A DNA stretch of 63,515 bases, the filler included, from Platydemus manokwari (Eukaryota), in assembly GCA_037951405.1 (NCBI GenBank). It is 6 parts of 6 records of this genome, joined end to end, with 100 filler letters (N's around TTAATTAATTAA, not from the genome) between each part and the next. Parts side by side here need not be neighbours in the genome. Positions count along the whole stretch, not along the records: positions 1 to 11,839 come from JBBMOY010438888.1; positions 11,940 to 21,512 come from JBBMOY011230765.1; 4 more parts are not named here. The stretch is one strand, 5' to 3'. This document shows positions 1 to 12,720 of the stretch, in pieces. A model generated the notes under the pieces. It had not been told where the DNA came from, did not search any database, and saw nothing but the letters and a program-made list of their open reading frames with translations. Both the position numbers and the translations under genes were made by a program. How positions within the stretch are numbered: position 1 is the stretch's first letter; every line of letters starts with the position of its first letter.

Positions 1-389
1 AAAAAGGATTTAATAATGCATTTAAACTAAACATTTCTTCATAAAACATTGAAATTGTTTAGATTTACAGACGATTGGGTGTTTTGTTTATATTTCCAAT
101 TTACACATTGACTTTATTGGTTAAATAAATAATATTTTCGATCGGACAAGACTTTCGTTCCAATCTGATATGTAATATGATTATAAAATATTTAAAATCT
201 TCAATGTCTTTTCTAGTTTTAGTATGATTATCCATTTCTATGGACCTAAAACAAGCAACAGAAAATGCTTTTTTGTAGGAAAACTATAAAGTAGGAAAAC
301 TATATTGAGATGAAGTTATTGTTTTGTTCTTTTTGTCTGACTGGAACTGATTTGATCATACATAGCTCACAGTCCACTTAGTCTACCAT

Positions 390-433
390 CGAGGATCCAA
401 TGGGTTCCGGGCGACCTTGGTTGAAAACCATTG
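390..433. mobile_element. Right end of a related hAT MITE
   Basis: GGTTGAAAACCATTG at 419-433 matches the TIR family of 29348-29718; left TIR not found. Confidence 0.45.
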
Positions 434-2524
434 TTTAGTGGCATGTTTTGCTATTGATTAATATTTATAACCATATATTAATATTAATATTTTAATAATA
501 GAATTTGGTGGATCTATCGTTTTTATTTTTTTATTTATAGATGCACACACGCACATCATTAACGATTTACAAGGAAAATTAGATCCTTAAAATATTATAT
601 AAATCGATAAAAACCGAAATTCGCCCAAGTCAGTCAGTTAATCAAACCATGTATTTTATTATGAAATGAAGATATTTCAATATTTATATCACTATATCTG
701 GCATTAAACATATATGTAATGTTATATAATTCATTTAGCAGACACTACAAATATAAAATTCATAAAAATTCATTATTGAAGCTCTTTTTGATTGGTTGGA
801 TTTTATTTGTATTCACTTGATAAAATATGAGACAATCCTTATGAGATAATTGATGAATTAATAATGATTTTAGATGTGTTGTTGTAGTAGTCGTGATGAT
901 GGGTGATGAGAGGTTTTGGTAAGGATGGATCTGTAATTAACTGTTATGTTAATTTTTCTGGATAGATCTTTATTGGCTGTGCAATCAAACATTGATTGAT
1001 ATATTGGAGAAACAGTTGAAAATTATTGGAAATAATTGCTTTAATTTCGTCAAAATTCAATCCCCATATTGGTGATTTAATGGCATGCCTATTTTCTATA
1101 ATTGCGTTCTACAATAATAATGTCTTATAAATAGGACAAATACACTGTTAAAGTGAAGTCGTATATATCGATTAATTGGTGTGTTTGTGGTATTTAAATA
1201 TTCCTATATGCTATAATTGTGTTTTCTGTGAACAAAAGGAAATGTGGACAATAAAATGAACTCTTATATATGAGGAATTGAAAAATAGAACTTAATATAA
1301 AATATTTAAAAATGAATATCATTTAGATATTATTATTATTATGACAACTAGTTATTGTGATCTTTTCAAGCCATATATGATATTGTGATGTACTGTATAT
1401 CATGACAGCCCATGTTATTGATTGAGAAAAATAATTGAGAATGTTGATCGATTAGATGATGTTTGTGGACAGAAAAATTACTCATTTCTATTCATTTCAC
1501 CAATCATCTTCATTTGATAAATTATCATAGTTTTATTGAATATAAGATATAGGAATCGTTATAATTATTTTTGAGATTATTTCGGCTCATCCATAAATCA
1601 AGCATAGACTGTGATATGGATGCGATTGTTCCTCGGTTCATTGAATCTTTATCATTCTTATTTGTGGAAATTTCCATGCATCATATAATTGAATATGGAT
1701 AACTCAAATCCTAAACCACTCCAATATAAGTTCATAATTTGTTTCATTAATAATAATAGTTAAAATCGAATATATTATAACATGCGCCATTTAGAATTTA
1801 TCCTCTAAAATCGGATTCATTTTTAATTTTTAATAAATTTATGGATATAGTTCGAATGATTAAGATGTGGTTAATAAATCATCCCTTACAAATTAACGGC
1901 TCTTCAATACTCGAAGCGTGGCTGGTGATTTTAATTTAAAATTATGCTACCACATTCTACTTGTGACATACCTTAGATTTTATGTGCGCACAGGAATAAT
2001 TATTTTACATGATAAAACTTAATAAATCCCATTCCATTACCCTCCGGGATTGCAGATTTTTCTGTGAAATGAAATATATATATGTGTGTGTGTGTATGTG
2101 TGTGTGTGTGTTAATAAAGAAAAGATGTGATTTGTTAGAATGAGATAATTTTGTATTTTCCACCAATCTTATATTTAAAATAATCTAATGATTCTTGTAT
2201 CTCGTTAGATGTACTTTTAATTTTTCGGCTTATTAATGCATACATAAAAACATTTTAAGATTAGTTTGGAGTCGTTTTATTTTTCAAGACTCCCCACTCT
2301 TTCATATCTATTATTGATAATTCTTGTATTGATTAAAATCATGCATGTATGGTAGCGATTTTTTAAATCCTGTAGTTAACAACAAATTTTACCCTGGTAG
2401 CCTGTCCATTACGCTTGTTATTGTATTATGTTGCTTATTTTAGATTGAATAATTATATCGATGACTATTTTAGGAATATTAATGATAGATATTGTTTTTG
2501 TTATATTATGGTTAAATCATTCAG

Positions 2525-5358
2525 TTATGTTCACCCGATCCATTACTGTTAATGATCAATGTGTCGATCAATGTCGTGAATTGGCTAACAGTAACAAATC
2601 AACTGACGGAAGTAGCAATACTGATCATAAAGACAGAAAACAGATCAATTTAAAACAATCGATTTATGAATTGGAAAAACAACTCAATGAAAAACGACGT
2701 CTGAACAATTTGATGGGTTTCGTTCGCGATTCCAATAGTTACAATACCAGTTCATGTTATATTAAGAAAGCACCTTTCCAATGGATTAAAAAGGGATTAA
2801 TTGGTCAAGGTATTTGACATCATGAATGATATATATATGATGATCATGATTCAATATAATATAAAGGACATGCTGGAAAAGTATATAAGGTTTGTAATCT
2901 GGATACCATGGAAATAATGGCAATGAAAGAAATTGTTATCAATGAACCGTTCTCTCAAGATCTAATCGAATGTGATTTGCTATGCAAATTGTCAAATCCA
3001 TCACTGTTGAAATATTATGGTGCGGATATCAGTCTGAGTCACATGCGTATTTTTACCGAATATTGTGAGAGTGGATCCTTGTCACAAGTATCAATTTTAG
3101 ATATTCCAGAAATCAATTTAAGGCAGTGGACTAAGCAAGTTTTAGAAGCCATCGTCCATTTACATAATCATGTAAATATTATTTTAATATTAATTATAAT
3201 AATTATTATAATTATGATTCATGTTAGCTTTATATGAAAGTTTCAATGATTGAACCAATAATAATATTAGCAGGTAGTGCACCAATAATCGGTGTTGTAG
3301 TTTTTTCTATTCATCAGTAGTATTTATTAATATCTTGAATAGCACACCGAATCCGCAATTTAATATTTCTTTCATTGGTTGATTCGAATATCTGGTCATT
3401 TCACACACCATTTACTGTCATTCACTGCTCACTAATAGACATGTGTTGAAATTGCATTTCGATTTTATATCGTCAAGCATATCCAATACAATTATTATTA
3501 TTATTATTATTTTCAATATTGATTTCGTTTTATTATTTGTTTTCGAAACATTTTACTTCTATTAAATCAATCCAGAATATTGTTCATCGCGATGTAAAGC
3601 CGGATAATATATTCTTGAAAAACATAGAAGATACCAATGAATGTCATGCAAAACTCGGCGATTTCGGAGTTGCTAAATGTCTTGATAATCAGGAAGGACT
3701 ACGAGATATAAAGGGTACTGTGATGTACATGGCTCCTGAGGTATGTTTTTAATAATAATGATTGTTATTATTGTTATCATAACACCGATCAAATCAAGAG
3801 ACATATATATAATGTACAATAACGCAGTGGGCTACAGCCAATGTTCTGCACCCAGGGGATCCTCGAGGGTAGACTATGGGTGTCTTGATCTACCTGTGTA
3901 CAGCATGTTTTCAGTTAGACAAAAAACAGAACAAAAATTGTATCTCCAATAGTTTTTCTGCACGATAACATGGTTTTCCTTTAAAAAACCATTTTAAGTT
4001 ACTTGTTTTACGTTCATAGAAATGTATAACCGCACTAACGTTATAAAGGCTGTTGTCATTCATGCTATTATTAACGAGAATGTTCTTCACCTATAGAGAT
4101 GTCCATTAAGAATTTCAACATATTTACAAGTGTTACTCATGTATAATTTTAAGGATAAGATGAATGATATGGAGTTACTTGACGAGTTGCATGTTTGTAA
4201 ATAGTTCCATACGTATAAAAATAGCAGAAAAACATTATTCTGACATAGTAACAATAGCTTACAATAAAATATATTTTTAATCCACTTCATCAAATTGATA
4301 CCAAATATTTATCATTGGATACCAATTAACCAATACCATCACTAATATTAGAACGTACTAATTTGCTATATATTTACAAAATATTATGTTTTTTTTATTT
4401 TTAATTATTTATTTATTATACTTACAAGTACATGATTTTATATTAGCATCAATAAATAGTCCCATCTTATCAATGCAACTTGTTCTTGGTGGGCTTGTTC
4501 ACCTCATGATTCCCATTTGACCTTAAATAATTCTTAATCACCTTTATTACACCACATTTTTCAAAGTATCGCTTATCTTTATCTATAATATTGACATGAT
4601 AATAATTTGACCTTTCAGTATTATGTAAGAAAGTACGTCATTTAAATCTGACTTACCTTTTTTGTTTTAATCAATCCATTATGATATACTAGATTCCCAG
4701 TATTCATAATAGAAAACGGATGGATTTCACTTATCGAATTACTACTCGTGATAGTTTCTCGTCATTTTATGGTTGATTTTCCTCAATATTTAGCAATTAT
4801 AATTTATTTTATAATAAAATATATTATAGATTATGGTTTATAATATATGTCTGTGTGTTAGACTCTGATATTTGGTGGAAATATTTATCGTATTAAAATA
4901 AATTTGATAACATTTTTGCCTTTTATATCACTGTTTTATAAATGTGTGTGCGTGTGTTTAAAAAATCGATTCCAATTTATAATTATTTCAGGTTGTTGTT
5001 GTGGACAGTGAACGAAATAAATCGAAACCTGGTTACAATCATAAAGTGGACATTTGGTCGCTAGGATGCTTGGTTCTGTATATGATTACCGGAAAACATC
5101 CGTGGGATGAGAATCATCAATTGACAATTTATTATAATGTGATTATTTTATAGAGCGAGAGTGAATGATAATTTTTATTAATGATTTTTCCAGTTGGGAT
5201 TAAAGAAATTACCCTTCATTCCTGATGTTGGTTCAACTGCCAGAATGACAAAAGAAGCCAGAGATTTTATTATTGATTGTCTGAACGTCGATCCCGATGA
5301 GAGGCCGAAAAGCATGGATTTGTTGACTCACAATTTTGTAAAATTACGCAATCTCTAG
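2525..5358 (+). CDS. MAP3K4: MAP kinase kinase kinase 4 (MEKK4/MAP3K4)-like kinase, 3' exons ~2525-2809, 2867-3171, 3576-3740, 4992-5138, 5194-5358; further 5' exons probably lie in ~590-2300 but were not resolved
   Basis: GT-AG splicing gives a continuous frame: ...KKAPFQWIKKGLIGQG|HAGKVYKVCNLDTMEIMAMKEI...IFTEYCESGSL...HLHNH|NIVHRDVKPDNIFL...KLGDFG...GTVMYMAPE|...KVDIWSLGCLVLYMITGKHPW...|...CLNVDPDERP...HNFVKLRNL*. All kinase subdomains are present. The pre-kinase segment (ELEKQLNEKRRLNNLMGFV...FQW...IGQG, MAMKEI) matches MEKK4 as I recall it. Confidence 0.85.
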
Positions 5359-5666
5359 GCAACTGATCCTTTCATATGGGCCTTGTCTATTTTGTTTTTA
5401 GATTTTATCATTTTATTATATTTTAGCCCTTTATTTATCGATATTTGCAATTTGTATAGATTTTTAAGTTGAAATTTTTGTTGTAAATATGGATTATTTT
5501 TCTAACGATTTGATGATTTTTCTTTTCACTCTTCCTCATTTTAGCTAAATGTGTAAATAAATTTCGATAATAAAATATTTCTGAAGATCTTCGATTTTGG
5601 TTATTTGATTTCAATGTTCGATTTTATTGTAAATCGTCATTCATCCATAATTCGAAAAATTTCAAT

Positions 5667-5720
5667 CACACGCACACACATATATATATATATGTGTGTG
5701 TGTGTGTGAGAGAGAGAGAG
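5667..5720. repeat. Compound microsatellite (CA)n(TA)n(TG)n(AG)n
   Basis: Directly visible; a similar (TA)n(TG)n tract lies at 2074-2110. Confidence 0.9.
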
Positions 5721-8700
5721 CATTTTAGATTGAATTAAAATTTTCAAAGATTAAATTGTGTATAAAATCAAATTAATTAAAATAAATTAATATTAAATTA
5801 ATTAAATAAAATCAAATTAATGATTGTATTTAAATATAATTTGATGTCGTGACTTTTTAGTTTGTTTTTGATGAGTGTTTTATAAAATGGTAGTGGCTTA
5901 CATATTAATTGATATACTATTTTATATATTTTAAATTAAGTTATCAATATAATCGAAAATATTATCAGAAATTCTGATGTGTTCAGTAATACGTGTGAAT
6001 TTTCTCATATTTTATTATTCCATTCAGTAAAATAAATCTGACCAATTACAAGTCATTAAAAAAACTATGAATTGTGTATTTGTTATATCTACTTCTAACT
6101 TCTCTTTCCGTTAATTTTTGAAGTCATTCAGCCATGCTTCGGTTTCAGCCAATGTCTCGCTGTTTTGAAAATTCTATAATTCCATAATACTTCTATATCT
6201 ACTGCGTCACGAACTAACACATAACATTATCTTCATCTAATATCCGCATCACATTATATCTATTCATTTTATTTATCAATCACCCTGAAGAGATAGCCGC
6301 GTTATGTTTGGACATTTTATCATAATCATTAGTAAATTCCTCTTTTCAATTAACGAATACATTGTTGGGAATGAATTTCCATCCTTAAAACTCCATGCAA
6401 CAACTAAAAGCTCTGAAAAATTCATCCAAATTACTTTTAAATATTATTTCCATTAAAAATAATTCATAATAATTTATCAGTATATTCTACATAGCAAAGC
6501 TTTTCAAGAGGTCCATTTTTCGACAGTCGTCCATTTTTTCAAAAAAGTCGCTAAGTGCAAACAATTTGTGTATTGTAGCACAATATAAATAAAACTACGA
6601 GATTATTTTTCTACAAGATCAAATTTTGTTTTCAAATAAATAGATCGAACTCATCTGTTAGGTTAATTGACAGCACCATGCGAGATGTTCAACACGCAAT
6701 GGTGTTGTAAAAAATGTCACTTTAAAATATCCAATAATTTTTAAAAAATTCTTATTCGAAATAATCTATAAGAAAATTAATCTAATTCGTGGTTTTCTCT
6801 TCTTTCTCATTTTCTCAGTTTAAATCGAATAAATCGAATTTTAACAAAATTTTAGCCATGGCGGTTAATATTTTAAAGAATCATTCAATAAGACATTTGA
6901 TTGGATGTAGGAATATTTAATTAAATTTTCAATAAATTTTCGATATGCTAACAGCTAATCAATTATGAAGTAAATACTCGTTGTTATTTTTTGCAATAGC
7001 GGAACAGTATCGATTAAATTCACTTAATTATCAAAATTTTCTTTAAAGAGAAACCAATGTATTCATTAAATTATCATAGATTGTTTAATATTTTAGTTTT
7101 GTTTCTTTCGTTTAGCTCACTTGTCGCTACTATAAAATCATCTTCTCTCTGCGTTCATGTATGGTTTTATAGTAAATATCCTGGATTTTTATCTTTTTCT
7201 TAGGAATGGATTATTAAAATTTACTCTTATTATGAATCTAACAATAAGTGCTAAAATATTAGTAGAAAACATTTAACGTGACCCTTAATGTTGACTGTAT
7301 CTTGTTCCTTTGATTTTCAGAGAGTTATGTATTTCCAGTCTCGGTAAACATAACCACGTTTACTGTACCCGAAGTATGTTCAATTTTTTGAGATGATATA
7401 TATATATATATATATATATGCGTTTAAGAGTTGCAGAAATAGAGTTGTTTTGCGATTTTCGAGTATTTTGTCAGGCTTCCTCAGAAATAATTATAACATT
7501 TTGCTCCTATCATCCTTAATTATCCATGCTTCCTAACATCTGTAGCCGGTAGGTATTTAGTTTCCACTTCTAATCTTGTAGCACGATTGGAAATCCTTGG
7601 TTTGTTTTACTAATATTTAGTTTTTTTCGCTAGAAAACTGATATTTCTGCATAAGAATCACTAATTGCGTATCCCTGTCTATTTGGAGAAATATTTTGCA
7701 ATTTCTTTGATAGTTCTCTTCTTTCATAAGTCATTAAAAATTCTTATATTCTTTTCTCAAAGCTTTGGTTTTTCTTCAGGTTTTTGTATTATGGATAATA
7801 GATTCTGGATTTTGTTGTCTAGCAGCTTACGTATTTGCCGGTGTCTCAGAAACCCATTTGTCAATATCTCCATTTGATATCGAGGTGATTTTAGTTAAAA
7901 AAAAATTCAACAAACATAAAAATATCTTTCTATTCTAAAGAATTATATTTTACTAACGTATCGAATTAATTTTATCGTCCAAAAATTATTCTACCTCGAG
8001 TTTCTAATCACTCATTGCTGAATGTATTATTGGGTTAGTGCGCAATTTAGAGAGAGATAACGCAGGCCAGCTTATTTATAATTCTTGGGGAAATTTAACG
8101 ATAATTTTGTGTAATTTTAATCTTTTCGGGCAAATCAAAATACAACAATGGAGGAAATAAATTATTGTTTGGAATAATCAACAATATGCAGTAAATATTG
8201 AATCCTCAAATTGGAGATTATTCATATTATATATATATACAGATATATTTAAGGTAACTTGGATAATTCAACTGCTCATGTATGGTACTTTGTAGATTCC
8301 TCTTTGTGTTTTTTTGAAAGATAAAGCTATCACTGCTTAACCCGACCACAAACTCAAAGCTTGCTTAATTATTGAGGTTGGTGATCAACGGTTCATCCTT
8401 AATTACATGTTTGAGGATTTATAATAAATTGAAATTTGAAAAACTTTTCTATCAAATTTTTATATTTATTTGTGCGAATAATTGTAATTAAAATATAATT
8501 TGGTGTCGTGATTTCTCAGTTCGTTTACAATGCCCGCTTTATAAAATACTACTTACAATCTGAACAACCAATCGACTATTTTATCATATACCTTGTGATC
8601 CAATTTAACCGTTACACTTGAAACATTTTATATTATACCGGCTGTTGTGAATTAAACTAACATCGATTACCCTTTAGTGCCAATGTATAAAACTGATATG

Positions 8701-9664
8701 GATTTTACATACAATCAGCACAGTTTAACTACAACGAAAAATTATTGTCAAATCTAATGGTTCATCTAATTTATAACAAAATGGCAACTGTATTCGAAAA
8801 ATAGTTTTGATTGGTTGAAATATTGTACCAATAAGAATCAGTGAAAATGATACTCCAAATCACTAATTCCATTTTCTCACTCAAATTCCAATCATTTCAA
8901 TCGATTTTGATATTCAGACAGAATAACGCCACTAAATTAGAGTTGGTAAAGTCCTGTGATTAACACAAGCAGTATTAATCAATAAAAAAATTAATTTCGA
9001 AATATTAATAAAAATATTATTATTACAAACGATGTAATCGTTATTGAAAAGTGTGTGTGAATCACATTGATCTTTAGAAAATTCCAATTCCTATTCACTG
9101 ACCTCCAAATGAACTCAAAATAATAACGGTCAAGGATAAAGTAGTATTTTATGGAAGAATTTTAAAATCTTTAATTAAAAGTGACAATCTATTTCGTTAT
9201 AGTATTAGTTTTTAATAAAAGAAAAACCATAAAAGATTGAAAAAACAAATTTTTGCAAAATTTAAATCAACTAATTTGTATGTATTTCACAAAAATAAAA
9301 TGTTGGCTACTTCAAGGTCAAAATGTGACATTTTTAAACAAGAAAATCGAAATAAAAAATAAAGGGGAAAAATATAGTTTCTCAAAAGCTCAAATTCAAA
9401 CCATCAAGCTAATACAGATTTTAATCAAGATTATTAAATCATTAATTTATTTTGTTTCGTATAAAATATGAAAATCTGAATGACGTCATTGTTAGAATTG
9501 AATTATTGGTGAAATCCAAAAAAATTATTATAAAATTCTAATTCTGATTTGCTTGCAGTTCCAACCCATTTGAACTTTTCATTGGGCCTCACAAATTACG
9601 AAATGAGATTTCCAGATATAATCAATTTTGTCTTGTAATTTGTTTCTTTGAAACCATATCGATA

Positions 9665-10627
9665 ATGTTATCATTTCATTTATGTTTTATCCTTTATTAT
9701 TTTGTGAGATCTGAAATGAATATTTTCATCAAGACAACTACATGGGTTGGTGATCCCATTAGAGTGATGAATGATGTTGGAGTTATCGAATGTGGTTGTT
9801 TATGCGTCAATATGAAATGTTTTGGATTTGTGTTCGATATTAATCAATGCTTTATTTATCCACGATTTGATCATTGCGATGATATTTTAGAAATCAATAT
9901 TATAAATATATATGTGATCGATACAGAGATGAAACAAGTACGATTGCTTTTCATATTCCTTCTTGACATATATAGCTGTAATTTCTGATTCATGTTTGAT
10001 GCTTTCACTGAATGAATTTTATTTTAGCTGAACGTCTTACAACAGTCGGTTCGATTTAATATCCTAAGAAATGTAAAATCAATTTATTATAATCCATATG
10101 CATCCGGCTTATTATCGATTAATAGTAACCCGACTCAACCAATCATCAATTCGCATAATGGATATACGTCTGTCATGAGTGGAACATATAAAAATGGAAG
10201 AGCGTTGGCATTTTATAAAGAAGAATGCGCGAATCACTTTTTGAGAAACAATTACAAAACATGGGATAAAAACATATTTAATAATATAGCCAAATGGCTA
10301 ACCAATGATGCTTGTGTGAATCTGACCACCTGTTTGATCCCTGTCAATGAATACAGAAACAATTTACACCGCCGGAATTTGGTGGTGGTATATCCTCAGA
10401 ATATAAACATCGATTCCAGTGAACCGATTTTAAATGAGAAAATACAATCGGGAAATTGGGGCATGATTTTTTCTGGCACTTATTGGACTTTTAGTTCACC
10501 GGGGCAAAAATATCTGTTGAATAAATTCGGTATTTGTTCCACTAAATTTTATGGGAAAATCGATTCGTCTACAGATTTGAATTGGTGCAAAAATATTTCT
10601 GATATAAAAATTCTGACATGCAGATAA
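9665..10627 (+). CDS. Secreted protein, ~290 aa: signal peptide + PAN/apple-like domain + TCAF/FAM115 N-terminal-like domain (exons 9665-9937, 10028-10627)
   Basis: Hydrophobic N-terminus; PAN-type Cys pattern ECGCLCVNMKCFGFVFDINQCFIY; a phase-0 GT-AG intron 9938-10027 joins the two ORFs in frame; C-terminal motifs SGTYKNGRALAF, IFNNIAKWL, SGNWGMIFSGTYW, LLNKFGI. Clear paralogue at 62144-63098. Confidence 0.8.
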
Positions 10628-11839
10628 TATGATTCCATCGATCACTGGGTTCTTTACGTTTGAAAGATTCTACTTCCAAGCAAATATTTATCCCCAAAAT
10701 ACAGCATCAAGCTTGTTATTTGTTTTTATTGTATTTGCTATTCGAAATATTAACAAGATAATATTTAGAAAATCACAACGGCTTATCGAGGACAATACTT
10801 GTTTTCATTTACAGTGAGCCCCAATCTTTATCGGATATTATAATTAATTAATTAATTAGCTGAATTTAGAATTATTTTATTTCATCAAGCTCCAGCTATT
10901 AATTAATGATGAATAAAAGTTTTCAGACGAATATCGGGGGTTTAAAAAATTTCAATAACTACTGATGGAACTTAATTGATTTTAATAGATTTTGATCAAC
11001 AAGATATTCCCGATGAATCAAACTGTTAATAATGTATGAGCACTTACAGGTTGATAATTGATGCTTCTGTCAAAAATCTGACAACTAACAGAGATTTAAA
11101 TGTGTATTATTAATAAAAATAAGTAACTATAAACAATATAATAGATATATTAAATATAATGACCATTAACGTGTAATGCGTAACGCTAACTGAATGCCGT
11201 AAAATGAGCTCAAGAATGAAAAAATCGATGGAAAGAACTAAGTGGTGCCCTTCTTCGATGTAAAACTAAGAAAATTTTTTATTTTATTAGCCAATAAATT
11301 CAATTAGGCTTTGTTGGATGGATTTATTTGATTTTCCACGACGAACCTTCTGCCGGAGATCGGAGCGAATAAACTAGCAACGATAATAATAATGTCTGCT
11401 ATATTTCAATATAAAGTCGAATTGAATTCGAAACAATAACGGAATGATTTTGCTTGGGAATGCTTGTTGGATTGAAAATCCTGGATGAACGCTGTAAGAA
11501 ATCTGTAAGGGAATTTTGCGCGATTTGATTGCCAAATCAGTGGGTTTAATTTACATTTTTGATTGTGAGGTTTTGTGAGATTTATTAATCATTTAATATT
11601 TTCTATTAGTAATTTCCCACGTTGCCATGGTGATTTGCATTTTAAATTTTAATTAATCAAGGTGAATAATTCATTATAATTATTGTCACCCAAAATATGA
11701 TTTTATTTTTACATTTATAATTATTTATAATCATGTGTATCATTTATATATAATTACTGTACATATTAGGCTGAGTCAAAAGTTATTCATGTTTTTTAGT
11801 TGTTTAAAGTTTTTGTTTTACCAAATCATTTAAACATAA

Positions 11840-11939
11840 NNNNNNNNNNNNNNNNNNNNNNNNNNNNNNNNNNNNNNNNNNNNTTAATTAATTAANNNNN
11901 NNNNNNNNNNNNNNNNNNNNNNNNNNNNNNNNNNNNNNN
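11840..11939. other. Artificial contig spacer (N44-TTAATTAATTAA-N44)
   Basis: 100-nt spacer with a six-frame-stop palindrome, identical at five places in the window. Confidence 0.97.
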
Positions 11940-12439
11940 GCCTTATTACTAATTTATATATTAATAAGAAATATATTTACCATTAATTTAAATTCATAAA
12001 ATTATTATTCATTAAAAATTAATTATCAGTTTATTATTAATTATTATATTATTTTTTATTGTGTTTATTATAGCTGATTACTTTATATATTTCATAATTA
12101 TAATCATTATTATTAATATGTAATGATCGATTAATTATATATACATATATATATATATATCATGAAATATTAATAACTATAAATATTTTTAATAAATTAT
12201 TAATAAATTTATTTTATAAAATTAATTAACATGTGATTAACACCAAACACGGTTTAACAGTTACTAAAAATAGCCTATCGACTAAAAGCTTTATTTGATG
12301 GTCAATTGGTTAATTAGATGATTTTATCAATGAGCTTGAATAATACGAAACCAAAGCTCACGTTTTATATTTAAATGATGGGCTAATATTGTTTATCGTG
12401 TTTTTAAATATTGATTTGACAGTTTTGATGACATCATAA

Positions 12440-12720
12440 TGAGATATGTTGTTGATTAGATAGCTCTGTCCTATGCTCATACCCATAAAAATCGATAAAT
12501 TTGTGTTGTATACCTAAAAGCCAAATACCTACAGAAAGGTCTTCATTTGAAATGTTTTGTTGAAATATCTTTATTCAGTAAATTAACGTTAGCTTATTTA
12601 GGTATGGTATAACTTGATCCAAAATAAGTTGAACATTATGAGATTTAAATTTATACTGAAACCCGATAATAGATAAGTTGAGTTCCATTTTATTTTTTTC
12701 TGATAATATATAATTGGTAC
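12440..12720 (-). pseudogene. Possible degraded GT31 (beta-1,3-galactosyltransferase-like) fragment
   Basis: Minus strand reads ...ISNEDLSVGIWLLGIQHKFID, resembling the GT31 C-terminal (N/S)EDVSxGxWL motif. In-frame stops on both sides; no DxD motif found. Confidence 0.3.

Noticed and set aside
6060-6540. Small multi-exon gene on the minus strand (fragments such as IMIKCPNITRLSLQ, ETEAWLNDF)
   Set aside because: Could not build a consistent spliced frame.
11884-11895. Conserved TTAATTAATTAA palindrome as a biological motif
   Set aside because: Always embedded in N runs of fixed length; artificial linker.
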